Shown in pieces: positions 23,101 through 30,589 of a stretch of 30,589 bases of DNA (positions are counted from its first letter, which is position 1; the number at the start of each line of letters is the position of its first letter). Position numbers and translations under genes: made by a program. Under the pieces are notes generated by a model. That model ran no database searches, had not been told where the DNA came from, and saw only the letters and a program-made list of their open reading frames with translations. The DNA comes from an uncultured Neomegalonema sp. (lineage in GTDB: Bacteria > Pseudomonadota > Alphaproteobacteria > Rhodobacterales > Rhodobacteraceae), in assembly GCA_937944035.1 (NCBI GenBank), contig CALDZQ010000153.1, forward strand, positions 1-30,589, written 5' to 3'.

Positions 23101-26100
23101 GAGGGCCGGAGATACCGCGTCGGGCGAGAATTTCGACGGTGGTGACGGTGTTGATACGCTCGATCTGTCAAACATGACCGCAAGCCGCATGATTGATCTC
23201 GCTGCGGGAACCATGAGCGATGCGCTTTCCATCACCTCGTTCGAGAACATCCTCGGCGGCGCTGGTAATGACGACATAACAGGCTCCAATGATGCGAACA
23301 CGCTGTCAGGCGGCGCAGGCGACGATGTGCTAACGGGCCTTGGCGGCGACGATGTCTTGGACGGCGGCACGGGGGACGACACGCTTTCTGGGGGCGAAGG
23401 CGCGGATGTTCTTTCCGGCGGTGACGGCACTGATACACTCGATGGCGGCGATGGTGATGACAACCTGGACGGCGGCCTCGGCGATGATGTGCTGGCGGGC
23501 GGGAATGGCGCCGATACGCTGCTCGGTTCCGATGGCAATGACAGCCTGTCCGGTGGCGATGGCGCGGATGTGCTTGATGGCGGCGCGGATGATGACATTT
23601 TGGGCGGCGGCCTTGGCGATGACAGCTTGCAGGGCGGTGATGGCAATGACAGCCTGACGGGCGACGAAGGCAGCGATGTCCTTGATGGCGGCGCGGGTGC
23701 CGATGTGCTCAGGGGCGGCGATAACGATGACACCCTGCGGGGCGGCGACGGCACTGATACACTCGATGGCGATGCGGGCGATGACAGCCTTGATGGCGGC
23801 GAGGGTGACGACACGCTCAGGGGCGGCGCGGGTCTCGATAATATTTATGGCGGCGACGGCAATGATCTGCTCGACGGCGGTGGTGACGACGACGCCCTGC
23901 GCGGTGGTGACGGTGACGACAGCTTGCTGGGCGGCGATGGCGCTGACATGCTCAGCGGCGGCGCGGGCGAGGATTCGCTGGATGGCGGTGCGGGTGACGA
24001 TACCCTGCTCGGCGGCGCGGATGCCGATATTCTCATCGGCGGTGCGGGCGCTGACAGCTTGAACGGCGGCGACGGTGCTGATCTGTTCATCCAAGACGAT
24101 GACGGCGCTGCAAACGTGATTGATGGCGGTGACGCCGGGACCAACACGCTCGACCTCTCGACATCCAGTGCGGGCTGGACCCTCAGCGATACGGCGGGCG
24201 TATCCGGCACGACCACACTCGCGCTCAGCAACATCACCAACCTGACCGCAACAGAGTTTGCGGACGAAATCACGCTGGGCGACTCCCTCAAGGCAGTTGA
24301 TACGCTCGACGGCGATGATCTGGTCGTTACCAGTGATGGCGGTTCCGGTTACAGTCTTGATGGCGGTGCGGGCGTTGATACGCTTGATCTTTCCGCTTCG
24401 TCGGATGCGCAAAGCCTTGATCTAGCGGCGGGTACGCTCGCGGGATCAATCGCGGCGGTGAATTTCGAAAACGCGTTGGGCGGCAGCGGCGATGACAGCC
24501 TGATCGGCTCTAATATCGACAACATCCTGTCCGGCGGCGCTGGCAATGATTATCTCTCCGGTGCGCGGGGTGATGACACGCTGCTCGGTGAAGGTGGCGC
24601 GGATACGCTGATCGGCGGCGTCGGTGAGGATTTCCTCAGCGGCGGCGATGGTGATGATTTCCTGAACGGCCACCATGATGACGATGAAATCAATGGTGGA
24701 GCGGGTCAAGACTCGATCTTGGGCGGGTTTGGCGATGACAGCGTCGATGGCGGCGACGGGGACGACATCATCTCCGGCAACGCGGGCACGGATACGCTCT
24801 TCGGCAGCGCCGGGAATGACTTGATCCAGGGCGGTGACGGTGACGATGCCCTCGATGGGGGTGCGGACAATGACACGCTCTTCGGTAACAACGGCTCGGA
24901 TAACCTGAACGGCGGCGATGGCGATGACGTGCTTGATGGCGGCGGCGAGGCCGATACGCTGATCGGGGCTGATGGTTCGGACAGCTTGTCCGGCGGCGCT
25001 GATAGCGATCTTTTGCTAGGCGGTGCGGGGGATGATGTGCTGGATGGCGGTGCGGATGCGGATCGGCTCGAAGGCAATGACGGCAACGATCTGCTGCGCG
25101 GCGACACTGGCGATGACATCCTCTACGGCGGCGCGGGTGCGGATACGCTGATCGGTGGCGCCGGGGCGGACACGATGAACGGCGGCGATGGTTTCGATAC
25201 GTTCATTCAAGACAATGATGGCGTCCGCAACATCATCAACGGCGGTGATACCGGCCCTGATTTGCTGGACCTCTCCACCTCCACACAAGGATGGCGGGTC
25301 AGTGGTATCAGCGGGACTTCCGGGTCTTCGACCTTGGTGATCTCGAACATCACCAGTGTAATCGCGACCGATTTTGATGACCGGATCACCGCGAACCGCT
25401 CGGTCTCAACGATCGCCGCTATGGATGGCGATGATACTGTCTATTCCGGTGAGAACATTACGGACGTGTCCTTTGACGGCGGTGCGGGTATCGATACACT
25501 GAACCTTGACGCCGCCGCCGGGCCTGTAACTGCTGATTTGGGGCTGGGGACACTGGGTTCCGCTGTTGCGGCGACGGGTTTTGAGCACGCGATTGGGTCT
25601 GCCTTTGCCGATCATATTGATGGCTCGGATGTCAGCAACTCTCTGATCGGCGGCAACGGAACCGATGTCCTCAACGGGTATGCGGGCGAGGACGTGCTGG
25701 TTGGCGGCAATGGTCACGACACCATTACCGCTGGCGATGATGCCGACCAGGTGACAGGGGGTGCGGGTAATGACGATCTGCACGGTGAAGACGGTGATGA
25801 CATCATCAGCGGGAATAACGGCAATGATGTCGTAACGGGGGGCGCGGGCAACGATAATGTCAACGGCGGCAGTGGCAGCGATGAGATCTCCGGCGACGCG
25901 GGCGACGATGTTTTGATCGGCGCGGCGGGCAGGGACACGATTTCCGGCGGTGACGGAAACGATTACATCCACGGCGGCACTGAAAGCGATGTTCTGACGG
26001 GCGGGTCGGGTAACGACACGCTGCTCGGCGCGGCAGGCAACGACTCGCTCTCCGGCGGCGATGGCGCTGACTTTATCAACGCCGGCGAAGGCAATGACCA

Positions 26101-27652
26101 TCTCACGGGCGGGGCGGATAATGACAGCCTCAGCGGCGCTGCCGGCGACGATCAGATCTTCGGCGGGACAGGGGATGATTACGTCCTGGCGGGAGAGGGC
26201 AACGACACCGTCTCCGGCGATCAGGGTGCGGATATGCTGATGGGCGGCGGCGGCGATGATATTGTCTACGGCAATGACGGCGACGACAGCCTGATCGGCA
26301 ATTTCGGGAATGACAGTCTGATGGGGGGCGCGGGCGCGGATACGCTTGATGGCGGTCTGGATCATGACACGCTTTACGGCGGCGAGGGCAATGATGTGCT
26401 CATCGGCGGCTTCGGTGACGATACCATGTTCGGTGGTGATGGCGATGACACGTTCGTTCAGAACAACGACGCGGGCGTCAACGCCGTTATCGGTGGTACG
26501 GGGGTGAACCGTCTTGATCTCTCAACGTCCGGCGCGGGGTGGATTATCGACACGACATCCGGGGTCTCGGATGAAACAACCACGCTGACCCATTCGATGA
26601 TAAGCGAGATCATCGCCACGGACCGTTCCGACGAGATCACTGTCGGGGGTACGATCCAAACCGTTGCTGCGGGTGACGGCGATGATCTGGTAGTGCTGGA
26701 GGATGGCCTCGGCCCGGTCACACTTGATGCGGGTCTGGGGGATGACCTGTTGGACCTGTCACGGCTCACGACCGGTCTGTCTCTTGATCTGGTGACGGGC
26801 TTGTTCAACGCGTCTTCATCCGCGAGCGGCTTTGAGGATGTTCTGGGCGGTTCGGCGGCTGACGATATTGCCGGAAGTGCGGATGATAACATGCTGCAAG
26901 GCAATGCGGGGGATGACACACTCAGCGGTAACGGGGGCGCGGATGTGCTCGACGGCGGCGAGGGTGATGACGTTCTCGGCGGCGGTGAGGGCGATGACCG
27001 GATCGTTGGCGGGTTGGGCAATGACACGCTCACCGGAGAAGATGACGTTGACGTTCTTACAGGCGGGGAGGGCAATGACCTTCTCGATGGCGGTGCGGGT
27101 GTTGATAATCTCAACGGTGGTGAGGGGGATGACACCCTGATCGGCGGAGCGGATGCCGATGTGCTGATTGGCGGTGAAGGCGCAGATACGCTTGCCGGCG
27201 ATGACGGCCGCGATTTTCTGAGCGGCGGTGGTGGTAACGACTCGCTTGACGGGGGCAGTGGCAGCGACACGCTGAACGGCGTGGACGGTGACGACATCCT
27301 TTCGGGCGGTTCGGGACACGATCTGCTGCTGGGCGGTCTGGGCAAGGATACGCTGGAGGGCGGTGAGCAGAACGACACGCTCGACGGTGGCAACGGCGAT
27401 GACATCCTGACGGGGGGCGATCAACAGGATACGTTCCGCTTCACCGGAAACTGGGGTGCGGACCGGATCACCGACTTTGCCGATAACGGCATCGAGAAAC
27501 TGGATTTCCAGACCTCCACGATTGTGAACGGTTTGGCTGATCTGACGATTGTTGACGGTGTCGATGGCGCCGTGATTACCAACGGTGCAAACTCTATCGT
27601 CGTCGAAGGCATCCTCGCTGCCGATCTGGGCGGAGATGACTTCCTGTTCTAA
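20168..27652 (+). CDS. Giant RTX Ca-binding protein, 2494 aa (N-terminal PPC-like domain, five internal spacer modules, T1SS signal)
   Basis: [18 protein letters not shown]...IDTMV...[18 protein letters not shown]; dozens of GGxGxD nonapeptides; C-terminus [17 protein letters not shown]...DDFLF; GAAGGAG RBS. Confidence 0.93.
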   Translation: MSIISGLSNVAGTANDDLLFGAPDGGAGHTITGGDGSDLIFGNHSPIVTDAGSDAATALDLTASDSPWSLGENPDIADATSTPHLSVVREGAGSDDWFAFTLVAGQELTLDVDYGSDALGGEIDTMVDILGADGTSVLASGDDSPAADGAGGSTSDYDSFLTFTAPGDGVYYARVSNFWGTGPQAGQTYVMNVSLTGQAVLAGASPASDDDLDGGAGADTLYGAEGNDTLAGGADDDLLNGGSGDDMLDGGAGDDVLIGGLGGDVMQGGAGRDTFIQNDDGAANVIDGGDAGINTLDLSGSAAGWSTDGTGGTSGTTTLSHTNITNIIGTDHADTLRTSATTLTLSAGDGNDTVAFVDSTGGERVDGGDGIDTLDLSALTAPRTLDLAAGTLSGAQSVTGFERYITTAGDDTVSGSAAADTVSGAAGDDMISGGAGNDRLSGDTGNDTLAGEAGNDALFGGEGNDSLDGGEGADKIGGGDGDDIISGGSGRDAVNAGAGDDTVHGNDGDDRIDGGDGADNLAGDAGADRLSGGLGNDTLDGGDGVDRLDGAEDDDLLLGGLGNDLLSGGEGSDTLRGDAGDDFLDGGDADDFLYGGEGADSLIGGLGDDTLEGNDGSDNIDGGEGADDLSGGLDDDTLSGGEGDDVLRGDAGDDLIRGDAGADTIEGNNGADNIDGGAGDDLLVGGEGDDTLDGSAGADTLQGDAGDDILRGGDGEDSLSGGAGADSLSGGADNDTLVGHDGDDLIDAGEGDDRVIAGAGVDSVSGGAGADTIDANAGDDRVDGGLGDDSISGGEGVDSLTGGDGADILAGDGGDDILSGDAGGDSLYGGTGNDDISGGADADVLNGGAGSDALDGGDGDDSLDGGADNDVLLGGAGDDTLTGGAGSDSIDGGAGVDTFIQNNDGAANTIDGGDAGANILDLSTSTAAWTVDDASGASGTSSLELSNITQVIGTDFADDISASAALNTIAAGAGDDLVRAGDTASGENFDGGDGVDTLDLSNMTASRMIDLAAGTMSDALSITSFENILGGAGNDDITGSNDANTLSGGAGDDVLTGLGGDDVLDGGTGDDTLSGGEGADVLSGGDGTDTLDGGDGDDNLDGGLGDDVLAGGNGADTLLGSDGNDSLSGGDGADVLDGGADDDILGGGLGDDSLQGGDGNDSLTGDEGSDVLDGGAGADVLRGGDNDDTLRGGDGTDTLDGDAGDDSLDGGEGDDTLRGGAGLDNIYGGDGNDLLDGGGDDDALRGGDGDDSLLGGDGADMLSGGAGEDSLDGGAGDDTLLGGADADILIGGAGADSLNGGDGADLFIQDDDGAANVIDGGDAGTNTLDLSTSSAGWTLSDTAGVSGTTTLALSNITNLTATEFADEITLGDSLKAVDTLDGDDLVVTSDGGSGYSLDGGAGVDTLDLSASSDAQSLDLAAGTLAGSIAAVNFENALGGSGDDSLIGSNIDNILSGGAGNDYLSGARGDDTLLGEGGADTLIGGVGEDFLSGGDGDDFLNGHHDDDEINGGAGQDSILGGFGDDSVDGGDGDDIISGNAGTDTLFGSAGNDLIQGGDGDDALDGGADNDTLFGNNGSDNLNGGDGDDVLDGGGEADTLIGADGSDSLSGGADSDLLLGGAGDDVLDGGADADRLEGNDGNDLLRGDTGDDILYGGAGADTLIGGAGADTMNGGDGFDTFIQDNDGVRNIINGGDTGPDLLDLSTSTQGWRVSGISGTSGSSTLVISNITSVIATDFDDRITANRSVSTIAAMDGDDTVYSGENITDVSFDGGAGIDTLNLDAAAGPVTADLGLGTLGSAVAATGFEHAIGSAFADHIDGSDVSNSLIGGNGTDVLNGYAGEDVLVGGNGHDTITAGDDADQVTGGAGNDDLHGEDGDDIISGNNGNDVVTGGAGNDNVNGGSGSDEISGDAGDDVLIGAAGRDTISGGDGNDYIHGGTESDVLTGGSGNDTLLGAAGNDSLSGGDGADFINAGEGNDHLTGGADNDSLSGAAGDDQIFGGTGDDYVLAGEGNDTVSGDQGADMLMGGGGDDIVYGNDGDDSLIGNFGNDSLMGGAGADTLDGGLDHDTLYGGEGNDVLIGGFGDDTMFGGDGDDTFVQNNDAGVNAVIGGTGVNRLDLSTSGAGWIIDTTSGVSDETTTLTHSMISEIIATDRSDEITVGGTIQTVAAGDGDDLVVLEDGLGPVTLDAGLGDDLLDLSRLTTGLSLDLVTGLFNASSSASGFEDVLGGSAADDIAGSADDNMLQGNAGDDTLSGNGGADVLDGGEGDDVLGGGEGDDRIVGGLGNDTLTGEDDVDVLTGGEGNDLLDGGAGVDNLNGGEGDDTLIGGADADVLIGGEGADTLAGDDGRDFLSGGGGNDSLDGGSGSDTLNGVDGDDILSGGSGHDLLLGGLGKDTLEGGEQNDTLDGGNGDDILTGGDQQDTFRFTGNWGADRITDFADNGIEKLDFQTSTIVNGLADLTIVDGVDGAVITNGANSIVVEGILAADLGGDDFLF
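20984..26860 (+). repeat. Five diverged copies of a non-RTX module (D.FIQ.DDGA.N.I.GGD.G.N.LDLS.S..GW...TLDLS) within the giant RTX gene
   Basis: Module starts near 20984, 22856, 24080, 25196 and 26447. Confidence 0.85.
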
Positions 27653-27690
27653 AGCATACTCCCTGCGCCTGCTCAGGTTGGCGCGGCGAC

Positions 27691-28401
27691 TTACCTCAGC
27701 CGCACATCGTAATGCAGGTCGTCTGTGACGTAGCGGCTGCGGCGCAACTCGACAATCCGGTCGGATATGTCGATGGCGACCCGGCGCACCTCGATCAGGG
27801 GTGCGCCTTTTTTCACGTCCATCACGGCGGCATCTTCGGCATTCGCGAGCGCGGCGCGCAATGTCTCGTCCGCTTTGGAAATCGCGATGCCGTAGGCTTG
27901 CTGATAGAACGCGTAGATCGCGTTCGGCAGCGGCGCATGATCGGTCAGCGCGGGAAACAGCGATATCGGCAGCACCGAAATCTCGCGCACGATGCGCTTT
28001 CCGTCGATGGTGCGGACGCGGTTGATCTCATACATCTGTTTGTCATCGACATTCAGCACCTTGCGCTCTTCGGCATTTGCGCGGCGGCGGCTGATCGTCT
28101 CGCTCTCCAGCAAGGGCGCGACGGCGGAGCCGTCTTCACGGCGTAACCGGAAAAAGTGGAAATGATCGCTTTCGGGCGTCGTTGTCGCGACAAAGGTTCC
28201 GCGCCCCTGCTGACGTTTGACGATCCCGCGTTGTTCAAGCTCGATCAACGCTTTTCGTGCTGTTCCCTGACTGACACCCATCTCCGCGCCCAGATCCGTC
28301 TCACTGGGCAGCATGACGCCGGGCTTCAGATCGCCCGTGACAATCCGGTGAACAATCGCATCGATCACAGAGCGATAAAGGGGCAGGCTTTCGTTTGACA
28401 T
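27691..28401 (-). CDS. GntR-family regulator, HutC subtype (wHTH + UTRA)
   Basis: PLYRSV...I..RI..GDLKPG..LPSETDL...GVSQGTARKAL.ELE..G...RQQGRGTFV; UTRA-like C-domain. Confidence 0.92.
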   Translation of the reverse strand: MSNESLPLYRSVIDAIVHRIVTGDLKPGVMLPSETDLGAEMGVSQGTARKALIELEQRGIVKRQQGRGTFVATTTPESDHFHFFRLRREDGSAVAPLLESETISRRRANAEERKVLNVDDKQMYEINRVRTIDGKRIVREISVLPISLFPALTDHAPLPNAIYAFYQQAYGIAISKADETLRAALANAEDAAVMDVKKGAPLIEVRRVAIDISDRIVELRRSRYVTDDLHYDVRLR

Positions 28402-28455
28402 GCTTACTGGATAGCGAAGCGGGCCGTGAAGGAACAGCGAAAAGTGGAAAGCGTA

Positions 28456-28483
28456 ACAAGAACTCTTGTATAAGACTTCTTAT
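28456..28483. promoter_or_regulatory. Tandem palindromic operator ACAAGA-AC-TCTTGT / ATAAGA-CT-TCTTAT
   Basis: Two abutting perfect 6-bp inverted repeats in the gntR-suyA divergent region; TATGAT (-10-like) at 28485-28490. Confidence 0.65.
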
Positions 28484-28527
28484 CTATGATACGCAGCGGC
28501 AATCTTATCGCTTTTAGGGGGAAAACC

Positions 28528-28815
28528 ATGAGCAAGCCGCATCTGCTGGTGCACGACGCGAAGGATAGTGTCGGCGTTGTCGTCATCGAAGGACTGACCG
28601 CCGGAACCGAAATGCTTTGTGTCGTCACGCACGACAACAGCGATTTTAAACTCACGGCCAAGCATGACATTCCCATCGGTCACAAAGTGGCGCTGGGCGA
28701 TCTGGCCGATGGCGAGACGATCATCAAGTACGGTGAGGAAATCGGCAAGATGATTGCCTCCGCCGGAAAAGGCGAGCACGTCCATACGCATAATATGAAA
28801 ACGAAGCGCTGGTAA
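28528..28815 (+). CDS. suyA: Sulfolactate sulfo-lyase alpha subunit (UxaA SAF domain)
   Basis: ATG 28528 after AGGGGGA; [47 protein letters not shown]. Confidence 0.82.
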   Translation: MSKPHLLVHDAKDSVGVVVIEGLTAGTEMLCVVTHDNSDFKLTAKHDIPIGHKVALGDLADGETIIKYGEEIGKMIASAGKGEHVHTHNMKTKRW

Positions 28816-28828
28816 GGGGGCTGATCAC

Positions 28829-30004
28829 ATGAGCTATACAAACAGAACAGTCAAAGCATGGCGCCGTGAGAATGGCCGCGTCGGTGTGCGCAACCACGTC
28901 GTGATCCTGCCGGTCGATGATATTTCGAACGCCGCGTGTGAAGCGGTTGCGAACAATATCAAAGGCACAATGGCGATCCCGCACGCCTATGGCCGGCTTC
29001 AATTCGGCGCTGACCTCGACCTGCACTTCCGCACCATGATTGGCACAGGGTCTAACCCGAACGTCGCCGCCGTGGTCGTTATCGGCATCGAGCCGAGCTG
29101 GACCAAAGTTATCGCTGACGGCATTCGCGAGACGGGCAAGCCTGTCGCGGAATTCTCCATCGAGCAAAACGGCGACATCAAAACCATCGCCGATGCGTCA
29201 TGGAAAGCCAAAGAGTTCGTCCAGTGGGCGTCCGAGTTGCAAAAAGAAGACTGCCCGCTGACGGACCTTTGGGTTTCGACCAAATGCGGCGAGTCCGACA
29301 CGACAACGGGTCTGTCTTCCTGCCCGACCGTCGGCAACATGTACGATAAGCTGGTCCCTGAGGGTCTGTATGGCTGTTTCGGTGAAACCTCCGAAATCAC
29401 GGGCGCTGAGCATATCTGCGAAAAGCGCGCCGCGAACCCGGAAGCTGCCGCAAAGTTCATGGCGATCTTCAAGGAATACTCCGAAAACGTCATCTTCGCG
29501 AACCAAACCGATGACCTCTCGGACAGCCAGCCGACCAAAGGCAACATCTTGGGCGGTCTGACGACCATCGAGGAAAAAGCGCTGGGCAACCTTGAGAAAA
29601 TCGGGCGCGAATGCACGTATATCGATGCGCTGCAAGCGGCTGAGGAACCTAAAAAGGGCAACGGTCTCTACTTCATGGACACGTCTTCGGCGGCGGCGGA
29701 GTGCGTCGTGCTGATGGCGGCGGCGGGTTATGTGATCCACACCTTCCCGACAGGGCAGGGCAACGTGGTCGGGAACCCGATCGTTCCGGTCATCAAAATC
29801 TCCGGCAACCCGCGCACCTTGCGCACGATGGCCGAGCATATTGATGTGGACGTTACCGGCGTTCTGTCGCGTGAGCAGACCATCGACGAGGCGGGCGATG
29901 CCCTGATCGACATGATCGAGCGCACCGCCAATGGCCGCAACACCGCAGCGGAGGCACTCGGCCACCGCGAATTCTCGATGACCAAGCTGTATCGCTCGGC
30001 TTAA
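28829..30004 (+). CDS. suyB: Sulfolactate sulfo-lyase beta subunit (UxaA family)
   Basis: [102 protein letters not shown]. Confidence 0.85.
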   Translation: MSYTNRTVKAWRRENGRVGVRNHVVILPVDDISNAACEAVANNIKGTMAIPHAYGRLQFGADLDLHFRTMIGTGSNPNVAAVVVIGIEPSWTKVIADGIRETGKPVAEFSIEQNGDIKTIADASWKAKEFVQWASELQKEDCPLTDLWVSTKCGESDTTTGLSSCPTVGNMYDKLVPEGLYGCFGETSEITGAEHICEKRAANPEAAAKFMAIFKEYSENVIFANQTDDLSDSQPTKGNILGGLTTIEEKALGNLEKIGRECTYIDALQAAEEPKKGNGLYFMDTSSAAAECVVLMAAAGYVIHTFPTGQGNVVGNPIVPVIKISGNPRTLRTMAEHIDVDVTGVLSREQTIDEAGDALIDMIERTANGRNTAAEALGHREFSMTKLYRSA

Positions 30005-30012
30005 TCGGGTCT

Positions 30013-30074
30013 CTAGTGGATCAACTTATTTGGCTCCCACGGCAGGGACTCAAATGTCTCGGTCGATCCACTAG
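30013..30074. repeat. CTAG-bounded long imperfect palindrome (MITE-like)
   Basis: CTAGTGGATCAAC..ATTTGGCTCCC-ACGGCA-GGGACTCAAAT..GTCGATCCACTAG: outer arms pair 12/13, inner arms 9/11. Confidence 0.6.
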
Positions 30075-30149
30075 CCAAGCCCCTTGCGAAGGCGTTGTTG
30101 GACACGCGTATTGTCAGTGTCTGAGGCTGGATCATCAGAAGCAAACTTC

Positions 30150-30182
30150 AAAGCCCCGCAGTATTCGCTGCGGGGCTTTTTC
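30150..30182 (+). terminator. Rho-independent terminator (possibly bidirectional)
   Basis: aaagccccgcag-tattcg-ctgcggggcttt followed by further Ts. Confidence 0.8.
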
Positions 30183-30589
30183 GTACCTGCGATTCGCGCG
30201 CAAAACAGACTCCAACCGTTAAAAACGGTCCGGAATTGGAAAAATTTGGAAAATTATGGGTTTTTGGGCTGACTTCCCGATTAGACGAGTCATTCGCCTA
30301 TTCTGTATGCTTAGCGCAGTTTTTGCCCGATATATTGTGTGTGTGGTAGTAATAACCAGTTTTCATATAAGTGAATTCTGATTTTGTTCCATGATGCTTG
30401 CAGACGGATTCCATAGATTACCATTGACGGACAGTTATTTCCCATATACTCCCATGACCAAGGAGAGCGATGCGGCGTTCCGGTGAAGCAAACAAGATAA
30501 AAATACTTGAGGCAGGTTTCATCAGGACACACTCCCTGGCTGCATACGTCTCTCCAAAAAAACAATACGACCCAGGCGTCCAAAGAAGA

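Noticed and set aside
20780-27612. Many long minus-strand ORFs (up to 435 aa) opposite the giant RTX gene
   Set aside because: Shadow frames of repetitive Gly/Asp codons; Ser/Pro- or Ile/Ala-monotonous translations with no motifs.
28528-30004. uxaA/garD sugar-acid dehydratase as alternative call
   Set aside because: The split SAF + catalytic genes and the [31 protein letters not shown] motifs fit SuyAB better; substrate remains unverified.
30031-30054. tggctcccacggcagggactcaaa resembles the reverse complement of a tRNA 3' end (possible att remnant)
   Set aside because: Spacing is one base off, the T-loop is imperfect, and the sequence is explained as the inner stem of the CTAG-bounded palindrome.

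Overview
High-GC alphaproteobacterial (probably Rhodobacterales) chromosome window. 1-~16.4 kb is the tail half of an RcGTA-type gene transfer agent cluster: short tape measure (g11), DUF2460 (g12), DUF2163 (g13), NlpC/P60 (g14) and a 1263-aa 'megatron' (g15). Four unrelated envelope/exported genes interrupt it at gene boundaries: an RTX protein, an antisense polytopic membrane protein, a periplasmic histidine phosphatase and an antisense pentapeptide-repeat protein. A perfect CtrA box lies inside the cluster just before g14. Directly after g15 come a DUF2793 tail fibre and a probable lysis cassette: a lysozyme-like protein with C-terminal TM helices, a 55-aa ORF missed by the ORF track, an overlapping Rz/Rz1-like spanin pair, a coupled membrane-anchored trypsin-like protease and a TM+periplasmic protein. 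Three families of palindromic repeats sit at most junctions, one with compensatory stem changes. The rest is mostly ordinary chromosome: DMT transporter, parE, a 2494-aa modular RTX protein, and a GntR regulator divergent from suyAB with a tandem palindromic operator. All family calls come from motif recognition; no database search was run.
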